This document shows, piece by piece, positions 9,037 to 18,900 of a stretch of 64,000 nucleotides of DNA. The translations under genes were made by a program, and so were the position numbers. The notes beneath the pieces were generated by a model. The model had not been told where the DNA came from, did no database searches, and saw nothing but the letters and a program-made list of their open reading frames with translations. How positions within the stretch are numbered: position 1 is the stretch's first letter; each line of letters starts with the position of its first letter. The stretch is from a virus (lineage: Duplodnaviria; Caudoviricetes), in IMG/VR virus record IMGVR_UViG_3300048024_000800, positions 10,952 through 74,951 of that record. One strand, 5' to 3'.

Positions 9037-12000
9037 TGAGTAATAATCCTGAAGATGGAAATTATTTTCTAGCTAACATATCTAATTATAGCGGGGTTTT
9101 TGACCCTTCTCTTAGTTATAAAAAGTTTGATTTTGTTTATGATCAGAATGACGGGCTTTATTATTACGCAAAAAAAGATATTTCTTTTGGTGGTAATGTT
9201 CAAGTTTCGGGTGATTATAGATTTGATTTAGTTCCAGATGGCCCCATAATAGATAATAGAGAGTCGTATTACATTTATGATAAATGGAATCAATTAGGGT
9301 TGCTAAACCAAGGTTTTCGTGCTGGACAAGAAATAAGTATACAGGGTTCTATACAGGGTTCAAACGGGAACTTTGAGGTTTTAGAAGTCGAAGAGAGCGT
9401 GGACGCTTATTATAATTCAGAAGCTCAAAACACAATTATCTCTGCGTTAGATCTCACTGAACTTGCTGGAGGTTGGTACAGGTCTTCGTGGTTTTTTATT
9501 CCTAATAAGGGAGAAGTTTCTGAACTCGACAAGTCTCTTAACTATCTAATAGAAGGTAGTAATTGGATTTATAATACACTACTCGGTTGGCTTTTTATTA
9601 ATCTTGATAATTCTTACGGAAAAAACTTTTGGTTTTACATGCCACAATTTTCTAACTCTAGGAGTGAGGGTGACGGTGTTTGGTTATGGGCTGATATTCA
9701 AACTATCGGGTCTTCAATTGCAAACTCAAACTCTTTTATTTATCTAGGACCTTCTAATCAAGTTAACGACTACTTGAGTTATGTGGTAAATTCTCCAGAG
9801 CTTAATGAATATTACTCTCTTGGTAAAAGTTGGGATTATCAGGATGGCCTGGGCTCTCTTCCGTCAGATAGAAAAAGTAAAGAGGAATTTGGACTAAGTC
9901 ATTGGGTTTTTAACGGAGAAAAAGAAGGTTATTCTATGCCAACAAAACAGCTCATGGGTGCAGAAAGTTGGGTTTTTTGTTCCGAGTCTCACTCAGACTT
10001 ATATTCTGTTTATTTTTATAATTACTCTGATAATACTTGGTTTGGCAAATCAACGTCTTCTCTGGCTATCTCTCAAGTTTCGAGTTCTCAGGTTCAAATA
10101 TCTCCAGAGTCTTCTGTTCCTTCGAGTTTTGTACCTAATAGGTTGACCGATGGAGTATCTTCTAGGTTGATCGTTAGAGGTTCAAATGAGAATTCTAAGA
10201 TTTCTACAATTGAGGAAGCTGGCGAAAATAATATTATTCTTACCTCTATCAATAATTTGCCCAGTTCTAATCAAGATGCTTGGGCGTCCGACAGATTCTT
10301 TTTTGATGCAGATTATGGATCTACTGTAAATTTCAAAGCCAATGTGAGTAAAAATGAATTCGGCAATGGATATTATTCTGTTCAACCAAAAGGAATTAAT
10401 TGTTTGGACTTTGAGGTTAATTTAGATTTTAGAAATAGGACTAATAGGGAGGCTAATGCAATCATTCATTTTTTAGAATCCCATCAAGGCCAACTAGAAA
10501 AAGATTCTTCCTCTTCTTTTTTGCAGTATAATCAGGGAATATCTGGATTCAATTGGGACGGCTCTTCCACCTTTCATCCATACGACTCCCTGGATAATCA
10601 GTCTAAAACTTTTTACTGTTCAGAGTTTTCTCATAGTTTAAATTTTGAGAATAGTAATGATGTCTCTGTTAAGTTGAGAAATTTTAATACTTCTATATTG
10701 AATAAGTCTGAATCATTGTTTATTAATAGAGCTGATGATTATAGCGAAAGCTCTTATTATTCTAAAAATGATGTGGTTTTTTATCCGGATAATCATCAGT
10801 ATTATTATTTTCATAGCGGAAGCCAGCATCAGGAGGCTCTAGCTGGGCCTCCCGTTTTGATGCATGATGAGTGGACTAAACAAAGCGGGTATTGCTCAGA
10901 GATAAACAAAGAAGCGTGGACTAGGGAGTTTTTCTGGAAACCTTCTGTCGGGCTAACTGTGTCCCAGAACCCCAAGGTTTTAGAATTAAATTTGAACGAT
11001 TCGTATTCGCAGATTTATGCAAACGGAATTAATGCTAATCTATTAAATTTAAATCTAAATTTTAATAATAGAGATGACGCAGAGTGTTATTCTATTCTTC
11101 ATTTTTTGGAACAACATTACGGATCTGTACCTTTTATATTTTACCCTCCTGCTCCCTACGAAACAGAAAAGGCTTTTATATGTAGAGATTGGTCTCACGT
11201 TTATAATTTTAAAAATAATCATAGTATATCTGTTCTATTCGAGGAGTTTCCTTTAAAGCTATCGAGTGAGGATTTAATTAACCAAATATCTCCCGCAATA
11301 AAAACTAAAGGAGAAATAATTGCTCCTTCTTTTTTAGAGTTTTCTGAAGAGAATGAAGAGTTCTCTTGGGATTCCGTGTTAAAGAAAAGGTTTTATATAA
11401 AAAATGTTGGCGGAACTGATGTAGATATATCAAGCTTGCGCATTTCTTCAGAAAGATATTTTAGAATTTTAGGAAAAAGGTCCTTGGGCGAAACGTATTG
11501 CACTGAGGGGCTTGATAGAAAAAGTTTAGTTTTCGACGAGAGCTTTGTTACAGCGCGATCTATATATTTAGATATTTTAGAGCAAGATGCTCCCGAGAGT
11601 TTTATTCAAATATATTCTGAAGATTTAAAATATTGGAGCGTTGGCGATTTTATTGGGGTGCTAATGAATGACGATTTATTTCTTTATTCCGCTCCTTCCG
11701 TTAAAAAAATAAAAATTTTATATAAAGATTTATTGGGTAGGGATGCAGATTCGCAGGGCTTAGATTACTATATAAATGAGAGTGATAATTTAAGTATTGT
11801 TGAGTCAATAATGGATTCTAGTGAGTTTTGCGAAGCTTTTCTTTTGCCTAAAACTTCTGAGCGGCCAGGAACCGTGCTGCAAGTACCTTTGGATAAGCTA
11901 TTAGATCTTAATCTTCAGGGTAGGACGATAAAACTTAAATCTTATGATGATGGAGTTCAGGGGTTTGAGACTTTCGACGATGGCCCTTTCGCTAGATTTA

Positions 12001-14438
12001 TTCAGTACCCGGATGGAAAAATAAAAGATGAGGGATCTGGCACATTTTATGATTATTCGTATTTCATTAATAGCTCTATGTTTGAGCAATATGGAACTTC
12101 TGTCGTTCCTGCTTATTCTGAGGTATATATAGACATAGTATATCAAAATAAATATGGCGAGATTCCGGCATTTTTTTTAGAAGATAATTTAGGGGAGAGA
12201 ATAGAGTGGAATAATTATGATGGAAGCCCGGGAGGAGGGTTAAAGATTTCAAATGGAAGCGAGTGGCTCGACTCCGAACTTACAATTCAAACTGATTCTA
12301 AGGCAATAAAGTCAGAGCTTCGAGCTTGGGTGACGTCTTCAGATAAAGAGCGCAAAGAAGTTATTGAGGAGGAGAATGAAGCCTGGAAAAAAGCCGAATG
12401 CATAACTTTTCCTTTCAGCCTAAGATTTATGGATGCAGATAGCAGTCGTTTTATAAAATTTGGTAACCTCTGGCTTCAATCATTTAGTCATGGGGACCCA
12501 GTCCGACCTAGAACCGAAAACTCTGAGGGAACTTTATTTAAAGATGCGGTTAATTGTAGGGCTGATTGGCCTTTGTTTGACTCTTCTGACTCTGTTCATT
12601 ATTTAGGTTTATGGGTTCCTTATGAATTTAAAACTTTTTCAATACAGAATGGGGGGGTTTTATTACCAAGGCCTTTTTCTCCAACTTCTGTTCTAAGTTC
12701 TACCGGTGAGCTAAAAATTAACTCCTCTATTTCTTTGGACGTCGCTAATTCTGATATTCATACATTGATAAGTATTGAGCCTATCGATTCATCTGAATTA
12801 CCATTAGGGTATTCCAGCGGTTGGAGTCAAAAAGGAATTATGAAAATTCATTCTTCAAAAGCTAACACTTTAGAAGATAATGTATCTTTGCCGGTTAGTT
12901 TTTCATACTCTTGTTTTTCTGAAGCTTCTTGCTTTATTGAGGATAATGCGGGATTGGGTAATATACAGTTTTCTATAGAACCTGTAGTTTATAAATATGG
13001 AATGTTGTATGACAGCGAGCTTGAAAGCTATTATGTAGAGAATAAAGATGGAGATTCGCTAGGAAGAAACCTAGATCTTGATTCGGCTTACAGTCTGCTA
13101 CTGAGGTCAAAAACATCTCTCGATGCTTATAAGAAGATGGTTGATTACTGGGGCAGGGTTTCATGCAGAATTTGGAGGCACTTGACTAGAACTGACGCTC
13201 AGGATGAATTGCTCAAGGAAGCTTATTCAAATCAGGGGCTTGAGCGACTTTGGGTTGTAGGAAACTTTATTCGACAATCTTCTCCGCTTCCATATTTAAA
13301 AAACTCTCCTGGGTTTAATTTTGATATAAATTTTATGTGCCCAGATATAGATCCTAGGTTTAAAGAAGGGCTTGAAGAAGCTATACTTTCTTGGCAGAAT
13401 ATTATTCAAGATGATTGTTCTATAAGTGTGGACATAGTTGAGACCTCTCATGGCAGACTCCCTGGAGAATTTGGGTTTGATCCAAATTCTTCAACAATAG
13501 CTTATGTCGCATCGAGTGCGTCAAGTTTTATAGAAAAAGGCATGAGGGTCTGGGGAAAAGATTACCCTCTTCGCGCAAGCGCTGTTTTTGCGTATAACCC
13601 TGAGATTATGTCTTCTGATGAATCTCTTAATTTAAATAGCTTGGGATCAAGTTTTGCTAAAGAGGTATCATCTCATGAACTTGGGCACGTTTTTGGGTTG
13701 ACTGTGTTTCATAAAGTGGGGTTTTTCATGCCTGCAAGCCAAGAGAAGCTTGATGAGATAATACCTAACCAAATCATAAGGCCTTTTGACGGAGATTTTG
13801 TTTTCTTTACTAATTCAAATGGAGATACTTTAAGCGAAGGTGAAAATCTGAAGACGATATGGGACAACCTACTTGGACCTTGGGAAACAGAGCCTGTGTT
13901 TATAGACCAGGCGCAATACGATTCTCTGTCCGACGAATCTTTTTTAAGTTCTGACAATAAAACATTATCTTTGGGCAAGGACGCCTTTAGTGAAAGAAAT
14001 AACATAACCTCTTTCTGGGGAGATGAGAGTCGGCAACTCATGGCTCATTCTTATGAAAATGAAGATTTTGGATGGCAATATATCGCAGCTAAAGGGGTTG
14101 AAAAGTATCAAGAGTTAATTGCTCATAATGGATACGATGATCCAGATAATTATTTTTATGAAAGCGTGCCTCTTAATCAAAGGAATAATACCAATTCTAC
14201 AGAAATACTACCGGACCTGCACTTTTCTGAGTTTCCAAAAAAGCAAAAAAATGGCATTAAATGGCAACCAGCTTTTCCAGCCGCCCTTATGACCACTTTT
14301 ATCGACTTAAATAAGGGTATGACTCAATCAAGATTTACTTTAGGATGTATAGAGGATTTAGGTTATACTGTTGATTATACTTTTGCATGTTCTAATGATC
14401 ACCCTAGCTTAAAAATAGATGCTGGAGAGAACGATTAA
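9036..14438 (+). CDS. Enlarged lambda gpM-like distal tail protein: two gpM-like domains, Trp-rich repeat, DUF4214-like helix bundle and C-terminal zinc metalloprotease
   Basis: Two gpM-like units (FGNGY..QPKGIN..F.NRT..EANAIIHFLE.H.G and SYSQ..NGIN..FNNRD..E..ILHFLEQHYGSVPF); HELGH at 13674-13688 followed by H.SE..LMT..SRFTLGCIEDLGYTVDY; immediately upstream of gpL. Confidence 0.8.
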   Translation: MSNNPEDGNYFLANISNYSGVFDPSLSYKKFDFVYDQNDGLYYYAKKDISFGGNVQVSGDYRFDLVPDGPIIDNRESYYIYDKWNQLGLLNQGFRAGQEISIQGSIQGSNGNFEVLEVEESVDAYYNSEAQNTIISALDLTELAGGWYRSSWFFIPNKGEVSELDKSLNYLIEGSNWIYNTLLGWLFINLDNSYGKNFWFYMPQFSNSRSEGDGVWLWADIQTIGSSIANSNSFIYLGPSNQVNDYLSYVVNSPELNEYYSLGKSWDYQDGLGSLPSDRKSKEEFGLSHWVFNGEKEGYSMPTKQLMGAESWVFCSESHSDLYSVYFYNYSDNTWFGKSTSSLAISQVSSSQVQISPESSVPSSFVPNRLTDGVSSRLIVRGSNENSKISTIEEAGENNIILTSINNLPSSNQDAWASDRFFFDADYGSTVNFKANVSKNEFGNGYYSVQPKGINCLDFEVNLDFRNRTNREANAIIHFLESHQGQLEKDSSSSFLQYNQGISGFNWDGSSTFHPYDSLDNQSKTFYCSEFSHSLNFENSNDVSVKLRNFNTSILNKSESLFINRADDYSESSYYSKNDVVFYPDNHQYYYFHSGSQHQEALAGPPVLMHDEWTKQSGYCSEINKEAWTREFFWKPSVGLTVSQNPKVLELNLNDSYSQIYANGINANLLNLNLNFNNRDDAECYSILHFLEQHYGSVPFIFYPPAPYETEKAFICRDWSHVYNFKNNHSISVLFEEFPLKLSSEDLINQISPAIKTKGEIIAPSFLEFSEENEEFSWDSVLKKRFYIKNVGGTDVDISSLRISSERYFRILGKRSLGETYCTEGLDRKSLVFDESFVTARSIYLDILEQDAPESFIQIYSEDLKYWSVGDFIGVLMNDDLFLYSAPSVKKIKILYKDLLGRDADSQGLDYYINESDNLSIVESIMDSSEFCEAFLLPKTSERPGTVLQVPLDKLLDLNLQGRTIKLKSYDDGVQGFETFDDGPFARFIQYPDGKIKDEGSGTFYDYSYFINSSMFEQYGTSVVPAYSEVYIDIVYQNKYGEIPAFFLEDNLGERIEWNNYDGSPGGGLKISNGSEWLDSELTIQTDSKAIKSELRAWVTSSDKERKEVIEEENEAWKKAECITFPFSLRFMDADSSRFIKFGNLWLQSFSHGDPVRPRTENSEGTLFKDAVNCRADWPLFDSSDSVHYLGLWVPYEFKTFSIQNGGVLLPRPFSPTSVLSSTGELKINSSISLDVANSDIHTLISIEPIDSSELPLGYSSGWSQKGIMKIHSSKANTLEDNVSLPVSFSYSCFSEASCFIEDNAGLGNIQFSIEPVVYKYGMLYDSELESYYVENKDGDSLGRNLDLDSAYSLLLRSKTSLDAYKKMVDYWGRVSCRIWRHLTRTDAQDELLKEAYSNQGLERLWVVGNFIRQSSPLPYLKNSPGFNFDINFMCPDIDPRFKEGLEEAILSWQNIIQDDCSISVDIVETSHGRLPGEFGFDPNSSTIAYVASSASSFIEKGMRVWGKDYPLRASAVFAYNPEIMSSDESLNLNSLGSSFAKEVSSHELGHVFGLTVFHKVGFFMPASQEKLDEIIPNQIIRPFDGDFVFFTNSNGDTLSEGENLKTIWDNLLGPWETEPVFIDQAQYDSLSDESFLSSDNKTLSLGKDAFSERNNITSFWGDESRQLMAHSYENEDFGWQYIAAKGVEKYQELIAHNGYDDPDNYFYESVPLNQRNNTNSTEILPDLHFSEFPKKQKNGIKWQPAFPAALMTTFIDLNKGMTQSRFTLGCIEDLGYTVDYTFACSNDHPSLKIDAGEND

Positions 14439-14444
14439 CATATT

Positions 14445-15644
14445 ATGACACAGGAATCAAGTTCAAACTTAAATAAGCAGTTAAATTCTTTAACTCCTGA
14501 TACTCTTCTTGAGTTTTTTGAGATAGATTTTAGCAATCTCCAAGCAAACTTTGATCAGTTTAAATTGGATTATGGAATAACTTTTGGCTCTGAACCTATT
14601 TATAGGTTTTGCCCCATGATAAATGGAACAAACCCTATTATCTGGCAGGGAATTTCCTTTCAGCCTTTGCCTATAAAAATAGAAGGTTTTGAGCATAAGT
14701 CTGAAGGAGGTTTGCCTAGACCAATATTAACCCTTGCAAATCCTGATGGAATATTCTCTAGAATAGTTTATTCTAATCAAGATTTTACTAATTGTAAGGT
14801 AACCAGAAAGCGAACTTTTGCTAAATTTCTTGACTTGGATAATTTCCAAAACAGGAATCAGGAGGGTGGCACCAATAGCCTCTTTGCTCTCGAAGATAAA
14901 GAAGCTCATTTTGATGATGATATATATTATGTAAATAGGAAGGTTTCCGAGAGTAAAAAAAGCATATCTTTTGAGTTAATTTCTCCACTGGAAATGGAGA
15001 ATGCCAAGATTCCTGCAAGAAAAATAATTTCTAATTTTTGTCCATGGACTTATAGGTGTTCTGTGGGTTGCAAATACAATGGTTTGCCTATAGAGAGTAT
15101 TGAGGGAGTTGACCTTACTGAGAATTTTTTAAGCAAAAAGAACCAGGGGTTGTTCTCTAATTCTTCTTCAATTAATGCATCATTACTTGATAAAGATTTA
15201 GGTAAAGTCAGGGTAGATCGATATCCAGAAATGCTTAAGTCTGTGCCTGAGTGGAGCCCTTTTGGTCATCAATTTTCTGAAGAATCTAAAAAGTTTTTAG
15301 AAGGTTCTGAAGTGGAAATATTCAGTTACAAGTTGGGAGATTTGGTAAAAATAGTTAATTCTTCGTCTTCCAATCCTTACGTTCAGGTGCCGCAAGTTTT
15401 TGTGTGCACGAGAACTCATGCATCTCCGGCTGAATTTCATCCCTATTTAAGCAAGGATTATTGGGCTAAGGATGAATGCTCTAAGACTATAAGCGCATGT
15501 AAAAAAAGATTCCCTCCTCGAGGCTCCGTAGAAGAAAAAAAATACGCAACTAGAGGTAATATTTTTGTAAGAAAAGAGGGCACCATTCCTCAAGACCTTA
15601 GGTTTGGGGGTTTTCCTGGAACTGAGGAATATCCTTTTGAATAA
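14445..15644 (+). CDS. Lambda gpL-like tail tip protein (Fe-S cluster binding)
   Basis: IWQG..FQPLPIKIEGFE....LPRP.LT.AN, VTRKRTFAKFLD..NF, four-Cys motif CPWTYR..GC...DECSK..SACK.RF, and terminal FGGFPG. Confidence 0.93.
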   Translation: MTQESSSNLNKQLNSLTPDTLLEFFEIDFSNLQANFDQFKLDYGITFGSEPIYRFCPMINGTNPIIWQGISFQPLPIKIEGFEHKSEGGLPRPILTLANPDGIFSRIVYSNQDFTNCKVTRKRTFAKFLDLDNFQNRNQEGGTNSLFALEDKEAHFDDDIYYVNRKVSESKKSISFELISPLEMENAKIPARKIISNFCPWTYRCSVGCKYNGLPIESIEGVDLTENFLSKKNQGLFSNSSSINASLLDKDLGKVRVDRYPEMLKSVPEWSPFGHQFSEESKKFLEGSEVEIFSYKLGDLVKIVNSSSSNPYVQVPQVFVCTRTHASPAEFHPYLSKDYWAKDECSKTISACKKRFPPRGSVEEKKYATRGNIFVRKEGTIPQDLRFGGFPGTEEYPFE

Positions 15645-15966
15645 TCCCTTCCAAGAATTATTGCTATGTAAGATTAAAAAATATGCGAGAGAAAACAGTG
15701 GGGAGGAGTCCTGCGGCGTTATAGTTCGGGATCTTGCGGGTTTTAAGTTCTTTCCTTGCGAGAATTTAAGCCTAAGAAAAGATTCTCATTTTTTTATAGA
15801 CCCTTATATTATAGTTGAAAATGATGTAGCGTGCATTTATCATTCTCATGTGAGTCAATCTTCTGAACCTTCTGCTCTTGATAAAAAAACTTCCAATGAA
15901 TTATGTATTCCTTATTTAATATATAGTTTAAAAGATGATGACTTTTATTTTTATAATTGTGTATAG
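15637..15966 (+). CDS. gpK-like JAB/MPN metallo-isopeptidase lacking an NlpC/P60 domain (start TTG 15637, or 15604 as called)
   Basis: EESCG..., HSH......PS..D JAMM motif; lies between gpL and gpI as in lambdoid tails. Confidence 0.85.
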   Translation: MNNPFQELLLCKIKKYARENSGEESCGVIVRDLAGFKFFPCENLSLRKDSHFFIDPYIIVENDVACIYHSHVSQSSEPSALDKKTSNELCIPYLIYSLKDDDFYFYNCV

Positions 15967-15984
15967 TAAGTATAAGGTAATAAG

Positions 15985-18900
15985 GTGAAAAAGGTATATT
16001 TACATGGTAAGATGGGGGAGAAATTTGGCTCGGAGTGGCATTTTAATGTTAAGACGGTTCCTGAGGCTTTAAGGGCTATAGACTGCAATTGCGAGGGTTT
16101 CCTTGATTATTTCCAGCAAAAAATAAATGAGGGGGATAAATATTTTATTTTTAAAAAAGATTATAGAAATATAAAGAGCAAGGAAGACTTCGAGGGTAGT
16201 CTTGTACTTAATCAGGATGAGGCCTTGTCGGAAATAGAGTCGGAAGAGATTCATTTAGTTCCGTCTGTTCAGGGAAGTATTCCGGGTTTTTTCGCTGCTG
16301 CCTCGGCTTGGGCTGCTAATTTTTTCACTGTAACTACTCTTATTAATATTGTAGTTATGACCGCCATAAGTTATGGCATCGCTATGCTTACAAAGCCCCC
16401 TGACGAGGAGGAGGTCGATGTTAAAACTATAACCTCTAAGTCTTATGTTATGAATGGGGCTTCTAACAGGGCTGCCCAAGGAATTCCTGTTCCGATTGGT
16501 TATGGAAGATTGATGGTCGGTTCTGTTAATATAGGGCTTGAGCGAGCGATTAAAAAATCTTCTTTTTTGCGATCCGAAAGTGATCAAGTTTTACAATCTT
16601 TTTCTACTACTAGGTTTTTGGAATTAATCTGCGAAGGCCCTATAGAGGGGTTTGTCGATCAAAAGGGAGTTAAGTTAGCTCAAGAAGATTGGGAAAAAGC
16701 TGTTTTTTTAAATGAGGTTCCTGTGAGAAATGAAGATGGAACATATAATTATATATTATCTGAAGAAAAGAATCAATCTGTAGTAGTGGATCAAATCTCA
16801 GACGTAACCACAAGTATATCTATATCTACCGGAGATGAAGATGACTTTTCTCAATCCACTTATTTTTCTGATGGGATAAATTATATCAGGGAATATAATA
16901 AGGTTATGTATGGGCCATCTCCTTATACAATAAAGAATCAGGCTTTTCTCGTTGAAGATGAGGATTCAGGCCTCCAGGAAATAGAAAAAGCTAAAAAATA
17001 CGGAGCTAAGATATTTTCTCATTTTGTTTCTAACGTTAGTGTTGGGCAGTGTATTTTTTCTCTTGCCGCAAGATTATCAAAGAGCGATACACAGGGGAAC
17101 ACTTTCCCTGAAACTTGCAGGTTTGCTATTCTAGTTCAGAGATTTGATGGAGAATTTAATATCCTAGATAAACAATCTGGGTGTCGCGTCAAAATCTCAG
17201 ATGACTTTAGGGTGAATCACGGAGAAATTGGTATTTACGAAGATGAGAGCGCGAGAGGAAGAGATGGAAGAAGTATCGAAAAGTGGGAGTTTGGATTTAG
17301 GTTTTACTGGGAGAAGCTTAAAGATGAGGAAATGCAAGGCGAGAATCTTGTGATGTTTCCGATATTTAGGCCTAAAAATATTGACGAGGCTGTCGAGTCT
17401 TTTCGCACAGACGCTCATTTTACAGAAAAAGCCAAAAGCTTTGAAGATTTTGTAGATAGGAACGAAGAAGCTTATTCTTCGTATAAAGAAAAAATAAAAA
17501 GTTCGGGTATTTTTTGCGTAAACGGGATCGCTACGGAAAGTTTTGAGTTTCAAATAAGTTGCGATTTTGATTTTAATTTTGGAACTTCAGAGATTAATGA
17601 GGGTATAACGTTTAAAATTATTAAATTAAGCCCTGAATACGATCCGTCTATCTCTGGAGAGCAAGATATAGCCGGAATGAGAAAGGTTCGTTCAATGTCT
17701 TTCGTAAGCGTTCAGGAGAAGGTCGACTGTTCCTTAAGGTATCCTCATAGTGCAATTTGCTCTGTGGAATTTGACAGTAGGAATTTTGAGAATACTCCTA
17801 GTAGAGCTTACCATTTAAAGCTTAAAAAAGTTCTTATTCCTTCTAATTATGATCCAATATTAAGGAAGTATATAGACGATAAAGGAAATAAAACTCCATG
17901 GGACGGATTGTTTAAGGGGCAACAGACTTCTGTCGAATCCCTCAATTCAATTAGCGATTTTCACAAATACTGGACAGATAATCCGGCTTTTATTTTGTTT
18001 GATTTGATACAAAATCCAAGGTTTGGTGTTTCTAGGTATGGCCTTGAAGAAGGTTCTATAGATAAGTGGCAAATTTATAAAATAGCAAAATACTGTGATG
18101 AGTTAGTTAATACTGATTATATTGTGGAGACAAAAACTCAGATCCTTAGATCTTTTTTTACAAGTGGAGTTGTTAAGTTTGATAAATACTCTGACATTCT
18201 GGATGGAAATTATGGTTATATGGAAATTTCTGTAGATGATAATTTTTTCTATAATTCTGGCGATAATAGAGTGCTCTTGCAGTCGAAAAAAGTAGGTAGA
18301 AGTGATTATTCTCCTCTTGGGCTAAATAGGGATGACCCTTGTACTTCTGTAAGTCTTGAAATGATTTTTGATGAAATTTTGGGTAGGGAGCCTACTAGCG
18401 AGGAAGTTTCTATTTATGAAGATTTTTCTATTGGTCGTGTTTGCGATTCTTTAGTTTTTAAATTGAACGAGCAGAACCCTCAGTCAGTATTTCTAGACAG
18501 CGATTTCAAAAAAGAGTTCGGGAGCGGGTCTCAGTTTGCTGGTAAAAAAATAGCATTCTTCTCTTCAGATCATAACTTAAGTAGTTTTTCTCCAGATGTA
18601 AAGCTTAAGATACAGAAGGATTCATGCCTTAAGAATGGAAGATTTGGTATAGAAGAAAGAATACTTTTAGACGCTGACCCTGTTTCTAGAAAAATATATG
18701 TCTCCGGACCAAGTTTTAAAGGAGACTTTAAACCTGTTTTAAATCCTTGGGGAGACGAATTGTATTTAGGGGGCTGCGCTTGCCAGGTGAATCACCCACT
18801 TGTTGAGCCTAGGTTTTCTTCTAATTTTTATATAACTGATCAAACTGATGCGTTGTCCGCCTTAAATCACGTTTGCTCTATTTTTAGGGGCATCCCAAGC

